A stretch of DNA of 63,995 bases, filler included. It is 9 parts of 9 records of this genome, joined end to end, with 100 filler letters (N's around TTAATTAATTAA, not from the genome) between each part and the next. Parts side by side here need not be neighbours in the genome. Positions count along the whole stretch, not along the records: positions 16,764 to 24,971 come from SRR31156797_22084; positions 25,072 to 30,471 come from SRR31156797_22096; 7 more parts are not named here. One strand, 5' to 3'. Each line of letters starts with the position of its first letter. Position 1 is the first letter of the stretch. A model generated the notes under the pieces. The model saw only the letters and a list, made by a program, of their open reading frames with translations, did not search any database and had not been told where the DNA came from. This document shows positions 18,462 to 29,023 of the stretch, piece after piece. Position numbers and translations under genes: made by a program.

Positions 18462-19307
18462 ATGAAAAATACGATCAAACTTTCCATCATCCTGCTCATG
18501 CTTGTTATGAGCTTTTTTATCACATCCTGCGACGTGGCGCCAAGTGCTGATATATGTGTCAGTATTGCACCGCAGGCTTATCTTGTTAAACGGCTTGCCG
18601 GTGAAAACACCCGGGTGACCATTATGATCCCACCGGGATCTGCTCCACCCACCTATGCGCCAACTGCTTCACAGGTCCGCGACTTGCATGAATGCAAGCT
18701 CTATGTGAAAAATGGACACCCTGACTTTCACTTCGAGAAAAAGCATATCAATCCCTATCTTGAGGGACATCCGGAAGTTCTGACGGTGAATATGGCCCGC
18801 GATCTTAATATCGTCCCCGGTGATGCACATATCTGGTTGTCACCAAAATACATGCGTATTGCAGCAGAGCGCATTTATGATCAGCTTATAATACTTTGGC
18901 CCGAACGACAGGAAGAATTAAAAGCTAATTTAACCGCTCTTCAACGCGATATCGGCAAACTTGACATAGAATTAGAACAGATGCTTTCCGCGCATCAAGG
19001 GAAGGAATTTCTGACCCTTCATCCCTCCTGGGGATATTTCTCACGAGATTACGGTATTGAGCAGGTCAGCATCCGGCATGAGCATAAGGCTCCCTCTACT
19101 CAGGAAATGGCACATCTGATAGAACACGCCAAGGAACATGAGATCCATATCATCTTTGTGCAAAAAGAATTCGCTTTCGAGCAATTGGAAGTCATTTCCA
19201 AGGCCATTGACGGTGAAATCGTTGCTCTGGATCCATTAAATCCCGACTGGCTGAATCAGATGCGTAAAACCGGGATAATGCTGGAGAAGGTCTTCAATGA
19301 ACGATAG
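18462..19307 (+). CDS. Metal ABC substrate-binding lipoprotein (ZnuA/TroA family)
   Basis: Lipobox, VSIAPQ, DAHIWLSP, HPSWGYF and LDPL motifs. Confidence 0.88.
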   Translation: MKNTIKLSIILLMLVMSFFITSCDVAPSADICVSIAPQAYLVKRLAGENTRVTIMIPPGSAPPTYAPTASQVRDLHECKLYVKNGHPDFHFEKKHINPYLEGHPEVLTVNMARDLNIVPGDAHIWLSPKYMRIAAERIYDQLIILWPERQEELKANLTALQRDIGKLDIELEQMLSAHQGKEFLTLHPSWGYFSRDYGIEQVSIRHEHKAPSTQEMAHLIEHAKEHEIHIIFVQKEFAFEQLEVISKAIDGEIVALDPLNPDWLNQMRKTGIMLEKVFNER

Positions 19308-20217
19308 ACCCGCAAAGATCCTGCTCTTTCTCGCATATTTTGTCAATATCTTCTTCTTCGGAAGTTCCTGGATGTTCAACAAAATGGTTTTAGTCGAAGG
19401 GGCTCCCCCACTTTGGGCTGCAGCTATGCGACAAGGCGTTGCAGCCATTGTTTTTATTATCGTTTTTTTGATCAAACGACCAAAATTCAAACTGACTCGC
19501 TCCCATATTATGCTCATCGTTATGTACGGTATTTTCATGATGGCCTTAGGGCATATCTTCTCACTTATGGGTCAACAGTATATCGATTCCGGACTAGCTA
19601 GCATTATTTTCAGCTTTTTCCCACTTGCAGTGATCCTGATCTCTGCAGTATTACTACCGAAACAAGAACCTTTCACGTTGAAAAAGCTCTTCGGAACACT
19701 GATCGGATTGATCGGTATAGCTTTATTGTTCTACACACAAAACATGCTTGAAGGGAACGGCAAGCAGGTATTGGGCATTGCTTTTATCCTGTTGTCTGTG
19801 CTGGTAAATTCTATTCCGAATGTCATCATTAAACGCGATGGCCGCGATCTTGATCCACTGGTCTTGAATACTGGTGGCATGTTACTTGCGGCAGTATTAT
19901 TACTGATCTCCGCCTTTGTTTTTGAGGGAAAACCCACATTCGAGATCACTCAAAAAATGACCTTTTCAGTCTTGTATCTTGGGATCATCTGCTCTGCAGC
20001 CGGATTCTTCCTGTATTTCTGGTTATTACGGCATATCTCGGTCTTTAGAATGGCAATTACGGCATATTTAACACCACTTGTAGCCGTTTTTCTGGGCTAT
20101 GTTTTTTATAATGAAATATTATCGCTAAATCATTATATTGGCATGCTTTTAATATTTACTGGTATATTTATTGCTGAATTTAACTTAAGAACTAAGTTTA
20201 AGATTAAGCAACATTGA
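19297..20217 (+). CDS. EamA/DMT family transporter
   Basis: About ten TM segments in two EamA repeats; IDSGLASII motif. Confidence 0.88.
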   Translation: MNDRPAKILLFLAYFVNIFFFGSSWMFNKMVLVEGAPPLWAAAMRQGVAAIVFIIVFLIKRPKFKLTRSHIMLIVMYGIFMMALGHIFSLMGQQYIDSGLASIIFSFFPLAVILISAVLLPKQEPFTLKKLFGTLIGLIGIALLFYTQNMLEGNGKQVLGIAFILLSVLVNSIPNVIIKRDGRDLDPLVLNTGGMLLAAVLLLISAFVFEGKPTFEITQKMTFSVLYLGIICSAAGFFLYFWLLRHISVFRMAITAYLTPLVAVFLGYVFYNEILSLNHYIGMLLIFTGIFIAEFNLRTKFKIKQH

Positions 20218-20306
20218 GAATTAAGAATTAAAAATGATTCTTAAACTGACATATTAAAGAAATTGTCAGACCTATTCATGAAATTAATTGTTTGAAATGA
20301 TTTATA

Positions 20307-20334
20307 GTAGGGACGCGATGCATCGCGTCTGTAC
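20307..20334. repeat. GTAG-family REP palindrome
   Basis: GTAGGGACGCGATGCATCGCGTCTGTAC. Confidence 0.75.
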
Positions 20335-20382
20335 AACAATTAGCTGCTTACATCATGTAAGAATCTTTTTTCGGGAGTTATT

Positions 20383-20871
20383 ATGCAAATCAACACATAC
20401 AATTCACCCATATGTAATCTCTCTATTGCACGAGACAATAATAAGATCATTGCGATATCCTTTTCGACATTGCTTGATGATTATTTCAAGAAACTTGCAA
20501 TGCATCCCGCTAAATTGATCAAAGGTCAGTCTGCAACTAAGCTGGAGAAGCAGTTAGATACCTATTTTTCAGGCAAAGATCCGCATTTTGATCTGAATCT
20601 TGAGCTTCATGGTACGGATTTTCAGAAAGCCGTATGGATCGCCTGCGCATCAATTCCTTTTGGCGAAACTCGCACTTACGGCGAATTAGCCAAAATGATC
20701 GGCAAGCCCAAAGCGGTGCGCGCAGTCGGCACGGCCTTGGGTGCCAATCCCATTCCCATTATCATTCCCTGCCACCGTGTGATCGGCAGTACGGGTAAAT
20801 TAACGGGATTTGCGGGAGGGTTGGATGTAAAAAAAGCGTTATTGGAATTGGAAAAATGCACTGAGCGCTGA
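20383..20871 (+). CDS. ogt: Methylated-DNA--protein-cysteine methyltransferase
   Basis: GTDFQKAVW, RAVG and the PCHRV active site. Confidence 0.95.
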   Translation: MQINTYNSPICNLSIARDNNKIIAISFSTLLDDYFKKLAMHPAKLIKGQSATKLEKQLDTYFSGKDPHFDLNLELHGTDFQKAVWIACASIPFGETRTYGELAKMIGKPKAVRAVGTALGANPIPIIIPCHRVIGSTGKLTGFAGGLDVKKALLELEKCTER

Positions 20872-21035
20872 GCACTGAGCGCTGGGAAGTTATGAGTGAT
20901 AAGTTATGAGTGATGAGTACCCAAGAATGAGGTTAATACTACACTCACAAGATGGCACCTAAAGATATTTCGGTTTACGCCGAGTAACGCGTTACGAGTC
21001 ACGAGTTACGAAATTCAACGCTTCAACGTTTCAAC
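20862..21035. repeat. Cluster of short (7-9 nt) tandem repeats
   Basis: TGAGCGC/TGAGCAC, GTTATGA/GTGATGA, CGAGTTA/CGAGTCA and TTCAACG units; the block at 20981-21011 is an inverted relative of 16804-16841. Confidence 0.65.
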
Positions 21036-21051
21036 TTTTAGAGGAAGGTAA

Positions 21052-23562
21052 ATGAAAAAGGGAATTTTATTGATGCTGGCGATTTTGATCCTAACGGCAT
21101 CATGCGGATTATTTCAGGAAAAAGAGACTCGGGCATGGATCCGGGTAAATCAGCTCGGGTATCAACCCGACGCTATTAAAGTACCGGTATTTTGCACTTT
21201 AGATAACGAAATACAACCGATTGTATTTCAGTTGGTTGATGCTATTACTCACGAAGTTGTTTTGGAGAGTAATGACATTGATTCCATTGGTGCATACGGT
21301 CCTTTTACCGGCACATACAGATTAAATTTAAGTGATTTCTCCGGGACGGGAACTTATTATATTCAAGCCGAAGAAGTCATATCCCCGAGCTTTAGAATTG
21401 CCGAAGGTATCTACGACGGTACAGCCGATTTTCTACTGAGATACATGCGTCAGCAGCGCTGTGGATTCAATCCCTATTTAAATGATTCCTGCCATGTCAA
21501 CGATGGTTTTATTGTCTATGAACCCGGTCGCGAAGGTGAGCGCATCGATGTCCTTGGCGGCTGGCATGATGCCAGCGATTATTTACAATATACCGCCACC
21601 TCGGCGAACGCCGTTTATCAGATGCTCCTTGCCTACCGTGAATATCCTAATTCTTTCCGTGATGCCTATAAAGCGAATGGATTACCTGGGTCAAATGGTA
21701 TTCCGGATGTGATCGACGAAGCAAAATGGGGCATGGACTGGCTTTGCCGCATGAATCCCTCGCCCGAACGTTTTTATAATCAGATCGCCGATGACCGCGA
21801 TCATGCCGGATTCAGACTACCGACAGAAGATACCATTAAATATCATGAAGAATACAAAGGACGACCTGTTTACTTCTGTTCAGGAGATATCCAGGGACTA
21901 TTTGACAATAAGAACCGTGCTACCGGAACCGCCTCAACTGCCGGCAAGTTTGCTTCCGCTTTTGCTGCAGGAACAGGCGTTTTGGATGAATTCTATCCCC
22001 GCTACGCCGCAACCCTGAAAGTCCGCGCACAATTGGCCTATGCCTTTGGCAAGCAGTATCCCGGAGTCTGCCAGACTGCTCCATGTAAGGCGCCTTACTT
22101 CTATGAAGAAGACAACTGGGTAGATGATATGGAATTGGCCGCTGCGGAGCTTTACCGCATGAACGGTAAGAAATATTTTAAATCCGAAGTCATGAAATTC
22201 GCTGAAATGGAACCGGTCACACCTTGGATGGGCGCAGATACGGCCCGTCATTACCAATGGTATCCTTTCTTTAATGCCGGACATTATTCGGCGGCTTCAG
22301 CTCCCGGTTTTGATAAAAGCAATGAACTGACCGAACTCTATGAAGACGGTTTGGAAGCCATTTACCGTCGTGGCAAGGACAATCCCTTTCTTATCGGCAT
22401 TCCCTTTGTCTGGTGTTCTAATAATTTCGTGACCGCGACCTTATCGCAAATATCACTTTATAAAAAACTTAGCGACGATCATCGATACGACGAAATGGAA
22501 GCCGCTTTACGTGATTGGTTATTCGGTTGTAATATCTGGGGTACATCCATGATCGTTGGATTGCCGGTCAATGGCGATACACCTGTAGACCCACACTCTG
22601 CCCTCACCCACCATCACGATATGCCTATTGACGGCGGATTGATCGACGGTCCGGTTTACGGCAGCATTTATAATAATCTTTTATGGTTGAATCTGCACGA
22701 TGAAGACGAATACGCGCCTTTTCAGTCCGATATTGCCGTCTACCACGACGATGTGGGCGATTACAGTACCAATGAACCTACTATGGACGGCACAGCATGC
22801 CTAATCTATTACCTGGCCTCTCTGGACAGCGGACAGCCCACCGAGCATGCAAAAGTCGATATCCACGGCGCCATTGTCAAAGGCGACCCAACAGAAAAGA
22901 AGATCGCCCTTGTATTTACCGGTCATGATCAAGGTGATGGCGGTCATATTATCGCCGATACGCTCAAAGCTCATGATGTGAAGGCCTCTTTCTTCTTTAC
23001 AGGGGATTTCTATAGAACTCATGAGTTCAAGCCATTTATTGAGCAATTGGTCGAAGACGGTCACTACATGGGCGCACACAGCAACAAGCATTTACTGTAC
23101 AACAAATGGAATTCACAACGAACCTTGAATGTCTCTGAAAAGAAATTCAAAGAGGATCTGCGCGCTAATTACGTCGAAATGGAAAAATACGGCATTAAAA
23201 AAGAAGATGCACATTACTTCATGCCGCCCTATGAATGGTATAATAAAGATATCGCCCTCTGGACCTATCAGGAAGAATTGCAGCTGATCAATTATAGCAG
23301 TGGCACTCTATCCCATACCGACTACACTACCCCCGATATGGGTGATAAATACCACGACAATAATGAGATCTATCAATCAATTAAGATCTATGAAGATAGA
23401 AATGGATTGAACGGTTTTATTTTACTGATCCACATTGGTTCCGCACCTGAGCGTGAAGAAAAGTTCTATACGAAATTAGACGAATTGTTGAATGAATTGG
23501 GTGCAAAGGGGTATGAGTTCGTAAGAATTGATGAATTGTTGGATAAAGCTTATCGAAAATAA
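21052..23562 (+). CDS. Lipoprotein: GH9 glycoside hydrolase fused to a NodB-like polysaccharide deacetylase domain
   Basis: RVNQLGY Ig-like start, GGWHDASDY, STNEPTMDG; C-terminal ASFFFTG, HSNKH, PPYEWY and LIH motifs. Confidence 0.88.
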   Translation: MKKGILLMLAILILTASCGLFQEKETRAWIRVNQLGYQPDAIKVPVFCTLDNEIQPIVFQLVDAITHEVVLESNDIDSIGAYGPFTGTYRLNLSDFSGTGTYYIQAEEVISPSFRIAEGIYDGTADFLLRYMRQQRCGFNPYLNDSCHVNDGFIVYEPGREGERIDVLGGWHDASDYLQYTATSANAVYQMLLAYREYPNSFRDAYKANGLPGSNGIPDVIDEAKWGMDWLCRMNPSPERFYNQIADDRDHAGFRLPTEDTIKYHEEYKGRPVYFCSGDIQGLFDNKNRATGTASTAGKFASAFAAGTGVLDEFYPRYAATLKVRAQLAYAFGKQYPGVCQTAPCKAPYFYEEDNWVDDMELAAAELYRMNGKKYFKSEVMKFAEMEPVTPWMGADTARHYQWYPFFNAGHYSAASAPGFDKSNELTELYEDGLEAIYRRGKDNPFLIGIPFVWCSNNFVTATLSQISLYKKLSDDHRYDEMEAALRDWLFGCNIWGTSMIVGLPVNGDTPVDPHSALTHHHDMPIDGGLIDGPVYGSIYNNLLWLNLHDEDEYAPFQSDIAVYHDDVGDYSTNEPTMDGTACLIYYLASLDSGQPTEHAKVDIHGAIVKGDPTEKKIALVFTGHDQGDGGHIIADTLKAHDVKASFFFTGDFYRTHEFKPFIEQLVEDGHYMGAHSNKHLLYNKWNSQRTLNVSEKKFKEDLRANYVEMEKYGIKKEDAHYFMPPYEWYNKDIALWTYQEELQLINYSSGTLSHTDYTTPDMGDKYHDNNEIYQSIKIYEDRNGLNGFILLIHIGSAPEREEKFYTKLDELLNELGAKGYEFVRIDELLDKAYRK

Positions 23563-23852
23563 TATATAAACTTGTTCAAAACGATCTGTCCTGATATCTA
23601 TGCAAAAGTTTCGGTGATAAAAATACTTCTTTTGGCATGATATAGTCTTTTTGTATCTGATAAAATATCTAAAACAAATGTTTGTTTGTGCTTGTTTATA
23701 AATTCCATTATTAACTTTACTTTAGTTTTTCATTTACATATCTTGGAAAGAATTATTTAATACTTCACAATAACCCGGTAAAATAAATGATATACTTTTA
23801 TTTTACATCAAAATGTAGTTTTACTTCCTTTATCAGTTAATCAGAGGTAATA

Positions 23853-24971
23853 ATGAAAAGATTATATGTTACTTTCATTTTATTGCTGTTAGGTGCCACA
23901 TTATATGCGCAATATCCCCTTCAATACGACGAAAATAACAAATATTCAGTTTCAACTCCTGTAAATACTGACAGCATGAATACGATCGCTTATTGGCCCC
24001 TAGATAATTTATATTCGTTTGATATAATTGATACAATTGCATATCTGGGGGGTAAAAACTATTTTAAAACTGCAAATTATTCAGATATTCTAAATCCTTA
24101 TGAAATTTCATCATTGATCTTATCCGGAAGTGTTTTAGAAATGACTGTCAATAATGACTATGCTTATCTAATGATCAAGGATACCGCATTCGTTGCTCCC
24201 CGCAAATTGTACATCATTGATATATCAGACCCATCAAGCCTTTCAATAGTAAGTTCAGGCCCTGTTCTAAATTCTTATTATATCGATTTTTCAGGGGCTC
24301 ATATCTATACCGGCTCCCATAGAATAGCATACAGTGACAATTATGTTTTTATAACTGACGGAGAGGCGGGAGGAGTGCATATTTATGATGTATCTGATCC
24401 TTTCGCTCCAATAGATACCGGTTATATCCATACAGGAAGCCGTGCATGGGATGTAGATGTTTCCGGGAATACTATGTACGTAACTGATCTTGATATTGGA
24501 AAATTGCACATTTACGATATAGAAGATCGGGGAAATCCAATTAAATTGACTGATATCCAAACGGATGCAATGGCTAATCAAGTTATGGTGTCCGGCAATT
24601 ACGCATATGTGTCAAGTGATAGAAGCGGTCTGTATATTGTTGATATTGCTGATCCTTCAAATCCATTTATTGCAGGTCATTTCAGAACTTACAGTGAGTG
24701 GAGTACTTCCATGGCAATTCAAGATAGTTTAGCATATATATGTGATGGTCCGGACGGATTAAAGGTCGCTGACATTTCCGATGTAACAAATCCTGTCCAA
24801 GTTGCTTATTATGAACCCGGGCATAATCTTCGTGATCTTCTCGCTTACGATAGTTATTTGTTTTACAGGTATTCCGGTATACGAATTATTCAATATGATC
24901 CAAATGAGCCACCCGAAGCTTTTTCTTATGATACAACAACTTATGAAGATCAAAGTTTAAATTTAATTTTA
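23853..24971 (+). CDS. Exported LVIVD-repeat protein (3' partial)
   Basis: Repeated YAYV...GL.IVDISDP units; signal peptide. Confidence 0.85.
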
Positions 24972-25071
24972 NNNNNNNNNNNNNNNNNNNNNNNNNNNNN
25001 NNNNNNNNNNNNNNNTTAATTAATTAANNNNNNNNNNNNNNNNNNNNNNNNNNNNNNNNNNNNNNNNNNNN

Positions 25072-25395
25072 TCTAGTTTTATTTTCTATAATCTCTTCTT
25101 TCATGTTCTCACTCTTTTTTATGGTTCCCAATACTTTTGGCTGAATTTTTTTCACTTTTTTGACTATCTTCTCTTTTGGAATTTTCTCCTCTGTTTTCTC
25201 TTCAATTATTTCATCTTGTTTTTCTATTAAATCTTTCTTTGCTAATACTTCGTTTGATTTTGAGAAAAAGCTCTGATTTTGTAATTCTAAAAAAAGAACC
25301 TTAGGTTTATCTATTCTTTTTTCACTTACATGATAATTAATCAAAAGAAAAATAAAGAGAATATGAATTCCAAAAGATAAACTTATATATTTCAT
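25072..25395 (-). CDS. TonB-like energy transducer, N-terminal part (3' partial)
   Basis: N-terminal anchor with SxxxH, K/E-rich linker, divergent from exbBD. Confidence 0.65.
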
Positions 25396-25756
25396 TTTTT
25401 CGCCACCTTTACAGTTTAATTTTGATTAATTTATATCACAAATTGCTTTGTGTGTCAAAATATATGTATTTTTTATTATTTTTAAATAATTTTATTTGTG
25501 TTGAAAAATAAGAATGTGACTTGGTCATAATTTTATACAAAATATGCTAATTACTTAAACTTATTATTAAAAAACCTTGTTTTTACTGATAATTAATAGT
25601 TATTTTTTTATATAGTTTTTTTGTTTAATTTTGTTAAAAAGTTATATGGAAACATTTCTTGATAAGTTTGGTCATAAAAAAAGGGGAAGACAGTAAAAGA
25701 AATAAGCAATATAATGATTTTGTTTTAAACGAAAAACTTATTATTTGGAGGCTTAA

Positions 25757-26353
25757 ATGAGATCAATATTAGAAAATGGAGGAACAGTTGTATATATTCT
25801 CCTTATCGCATCAACAATATCTTTAGCGGTTATTATCGAAAAAGCAATTTATTACTTAAGGCATGAAAAAAGATATAAACGAAAAATAATATCTGAAAAA
25901 TTTGGAAGTTTTAAAAATATTACTGGGAAAAACTCCATAGAAAAACTTATCAAACTACTTTTTGATGAAAAGGAGAAACAGAAAAAGATTGATTATGTTC
26001 ACTTAGAGGAGTTAGCAAGAGAATATACATTGGAAATTACACTAAAACTTGAAAATAAATTATGGCTACTGGCATTAATTAGTAATCTATCTCCATTATT
26101 GGGACTGTTTGGAACAGTAACAGGAATGATAACAGCATTTGATGTTATTGCAATTGCTGGTACAGGTGACCCGAAACTTTTAGCAGGTGGGATATCGAAA
26201 GCACTTATTACAACAGCTAGCGGACTAGCGGTAGCAATGCCGACAACAGTTTTCTTAAATTATTTCAGCAAAAAAAATGATGAACTTATCACTAATATGG
26301 AAAAAAGTGCTGTTGAATTTTTAAATGTATTGAGAAGTGAGCAAAATGGCTAG
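25757..26353 (+). CDS. exbB: MotA/TolQ/ExbB proton channel
   Basis: PLLGLFGTVTGMI and GISKALITTASGL motifs. Confidence 0.9.
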   Translation: MRSILENGGTVVYILLIASTISLAVIIEKAIYYLRHEKRYKRKIISEKFGSFKNITGKNSIEKLIKLLFDEKEKQKKIDYVHLEELAREYTLEITLKLENKLWLLALISNLSPLLGLFGTVTGMITAFDVIAIAGTGDPKLLAGGISKALITTASGLAVAMPTTVFLNYFSKKNDELITNMEKSAVEFLNVLRSEQNG

Positions 26354-26780
26354 AAAATTTGTAACGAAACATAAAAAGCAATATATGATGGACTTAACAC
26401 CATTAATAGATGTTGTATTTTTACTTCTAATATTTTTCATGGTTACTACAACTTTTAGTAAATTTTCATCGATGGATATCAAATTACCGCAAGCATCAGC
26501 AGAGCAAACTACAGCTGAACTTAAGTTAGTAGAGGTATTACTTAATTTTGAGAAAGAACTCTCTATCAGAACACAAATTAATGAGAAATCATCAATAGTT
26601 AATGTTGAAGAGAAGGAACTAAAAAACAGATTAAAAACAATTATAGATAAAAGTAAAACTAAAAACGTTTCATTGATTGCAGATGAAAAACTTGATTATG
26701 GTTATATCATAAAAATAATGTCTTATATAAAAGAAGCTAAAGCTGAGGGAATCAGTTTAAAAATAGAGAAGTCTATTTAA
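26346..26780 (+). CDS. exbD: ExbD/TolR biopolymer transporter
   Basis: DLTPLIDVVFLLLIFFMVT motif. Confidence 0.92.
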   Translation: MARKFVTKHKKQYMMDLTPLIDVVFLLLIFFMVTTTFSKFSSMDIKLPQASAEQTTAELKLVEVLLNFEKELSIRTQINEKSSIVNVEEKELKNRLKTIIDKSKTKNVSLIADEKLDYGYIIKIMSYIKEAKAEGISLKIEKSI

Positions 26781-26802
26781 TCAAAACAGAATGGAGAGAG
26801 TT

Positions 26803-28818
26803 ATGAAAAAAAGGATTATATTGTTGTCAGTATTGGCAATTTCTACAGCATATGCAGATGAATTTTATGAAAGTGATTCTGGGGTTATGCTAGAGGAAAC
26901 AGTTATTTCAACTACTGGATTTGAAGAAAGTTCACAAAACACTATGAGTACAGTTACTGTGGTCACATCGGAAGAGATTCAGGAGAAAAATTATAATAAT
27001 GTTACTGAAGTATTAAAAAGTTTAGGAAATGTTAATATGTTCCAAGAAACAGCATTAGGGACTCTTGTTGATATAAGAGGGCAGGGTGAAGATAGAGTTA
27101 GATCAAATGTTCAGGTTTTATTGGATGGTGTAAATCTTAATTCGCTTGAAACCAATTTTGGCGTATTTCCTTTAAATAGTATCAATATCAATAATGTTGA
27201 AAGAATCGAAGTTATCCAAGGTGGAGGTGCTGTTGTTTATGGTAGTGGAACTTCCGGTGGAGTTATAAATATCATAACTAAAGATAATAGCTTTGATGAA
27301 AAAACTTTCAGTGGAAATATTGGAATGAAAATCGGATCTTATGGAACGCATAGCCGTTCAATTGGATTAGCAACAAAACTTAGCGAGGATTTAGAATTAG
27401 GTTTTGATTTTATAGGATCAGGAACTAGCGGATATAGAGAGGATACTAAAAGCAATAATGAAACTTTCGGTTTAGGTTTAAAATATAGATTCAATGAAGA
27501 TCAAAAAGTTGTATTGAAGTATTCCAAGAGTGATAATTATTATCAAATCGCAGATATGTTAACAGAAGAGGAACTGGAAAAAGACAGAGAGGGATCAGTA
27601 ACAGATGATCCAAAAGAGAGAGAAACTTTAAGAGAAACATATTCAATTGATTATGATTACAAAATTAATGAAAACATTAATTTTACCGCCCTAACATCTT
27701 ATTATCGTTCTGATTTCGATAGAGATCAAAGTACATCAAGATCAACTAAAGTGTACAACACAAAAGAGAATAAACTAGCATTTAAGCCAAAAGTTAATAT
27801 AGCTTATACAAGCGGTTCATTAGTACTTGGATATGATTATGTTGAAGCAAATATGTTGAGGGATACTGTTGAATATACTTCAGATACTGCTATCAAAAAT
27901 TATGATATGACAAAAACTAGCAACAGTATTTTTGTTAGTAATAGCTACAATATCTCAGATTTTCAAATTATAACAGGTTACAGATATGAAAGCGCTGAAT
28001 TTGAAATAGAAGATCAAATAAACTATGGTGTTGAGGGAGATAATTTTGATAAATCCCACAATAATAGTGCATATGATGCTGGATTAAACTATCACTTTTC
28101 TGATAGTGGGAAAGTTTACGCTAAGTTAGAGAGTGGGTACACACTTCCTGACCCTAGACAGTATGTTAACCTAGAAGATAGTGTTGCTGTACTAAATGAT
28201 CTTAAAAATGAATCATTTATGACATATGAGCTTGGATTCCAAAACTATATAGTAAATACATTAGTAAAAGCAGCTGTATTTTCAACTAACAAAAAAGATG
28301 AGATAACATCTGAAGAAACAAAATCAAAAGTTAATGGACAATCTGTATGGTCAACAAGTTATTTCAATTTAGAAACAACAAGAAGAAGTGGTGGAGAGTT
28401 ATCCCTTAGCCATAGTTTCAATAAATTAACTGTTTCTGAGAGCTTATCATATGTTGATGCTGTAATAACTGAAGGAGAATATCAAGATAAAAAGATTCCA
28501 TACGTTTCACCATTTACAGCAGCGATTGACGCTGTTTATGATATCGATGAAAACCTTGATTTCGGAATTAACCTAACATATAAAGATGAATATTATGTTG
28601 ATAAGGCAAATGAAGGTGGAACGGTTAATAATATATTCGTAATGAATATTAACTCAAATTATTATATTACAAAAGATTTAAAAGTTTATGCAGGTATAAA
28701 TAATTTACTAAACCATGAGTATAGCAACAGAGTAAATTATGATTCTAGTGAAGATGAATATAGCTATGATCCTGCGCCAGAAACTAACTATTTTGTAGGA
28801 TTTAATTATAATTTTTAA
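26803..28818 (+). CDS. TonB-dependent receptor
   Basis: TonB box (EETVIS), plug (IRGQG, ERIEVI.GG.AV.YG...GGVINIIT), C-terminal Phe. Confidence 0.93.
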   Translation: MKKRIILLSVLAISTAYADEFYESDSGVMLEETVISTTGFEESSQNTMSTVTVVTSEEIQEKNYNNVTEVLKSLGNVNMFQETALGTLVDIRGQGEDRVRSNVQVLLDGVNLNSLETNFGVFPLNSININNVERIEVIQGGGAVVYGSGTSGGVINIITKDNSFDEKTFSGNIGMKIGSYGTHSRSIGLATKLSEDLELGFDFIGSGTSGYREDTKSNNETFGLGLKYRFNEDQKVVLKYSKSDNYYQIADMLTEEELEKDREGSVTDDPKERETLRETYSIDYDYKINENINFTALTSYYRSDFDRDQSTSRSTKVYNTKENKLAFKPKVNIAYTSGSLVLGYDYVEANMLRDTVEYTSDTAIKNYDMTKTSNSIFVSNSYNISDFQIITGYRYESAEFEIEDQINYGVEGDNFDKSHNNSAYDAGLNYHFSDSGKVYAKLESGYTLPDPRQYVNLEDSVAVLNDLKNESFMTYELGFQNYIVNTLVKAAVFSTNKKDEITSEETKSKVNGQSVWSTSYFNLETTRRSGGELSLSHSFNKLTVSESLSYVDAVITEGEYQDKKIPYVSPFTAAIDAVYDIDENLDFGINLTYKDEYYVDKANEGGTVNNIFVMNINSNYYITKDLKVYAGINNLLNHEYSNRVNYDSSEDEYSYDPAPETNYFVGFNYNF

Positions 28819-28884
28819 TTAGAAAACTAATAACAAATCTAATTTATAATGGTGTGCGTAAATTTTCGCATAAATTAAAAATCT

Positions 28885-28942
28885 GTAGGGGCAGGGTTTT
28901 CCTGCCCAGAGTCAGAGCTGGGTAGGAAAACCCTACCCTTAC
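28885..28942. repeat. GTAG-family REP doublet
   Basis: GTAGGGGCAGGGTTTTCCTGCCC ... GGGTAGGAAAACCCTACCCTTAC inverted pair. Confidence 0.75.
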
Positions 28943-29023
28943 AATTGATTATCATATTCCATGTCATTATTTTTACACATCACTATAATTCAATATTTAA
29001 AATGAAAAAAGTTAAGGAGCAAC

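Noticed and set aside
25396-25756. Fur box in the tonB/exbB divergent region
   Set aside because: The region is very AT-rich and I found no convincing 19-bp consensus match.
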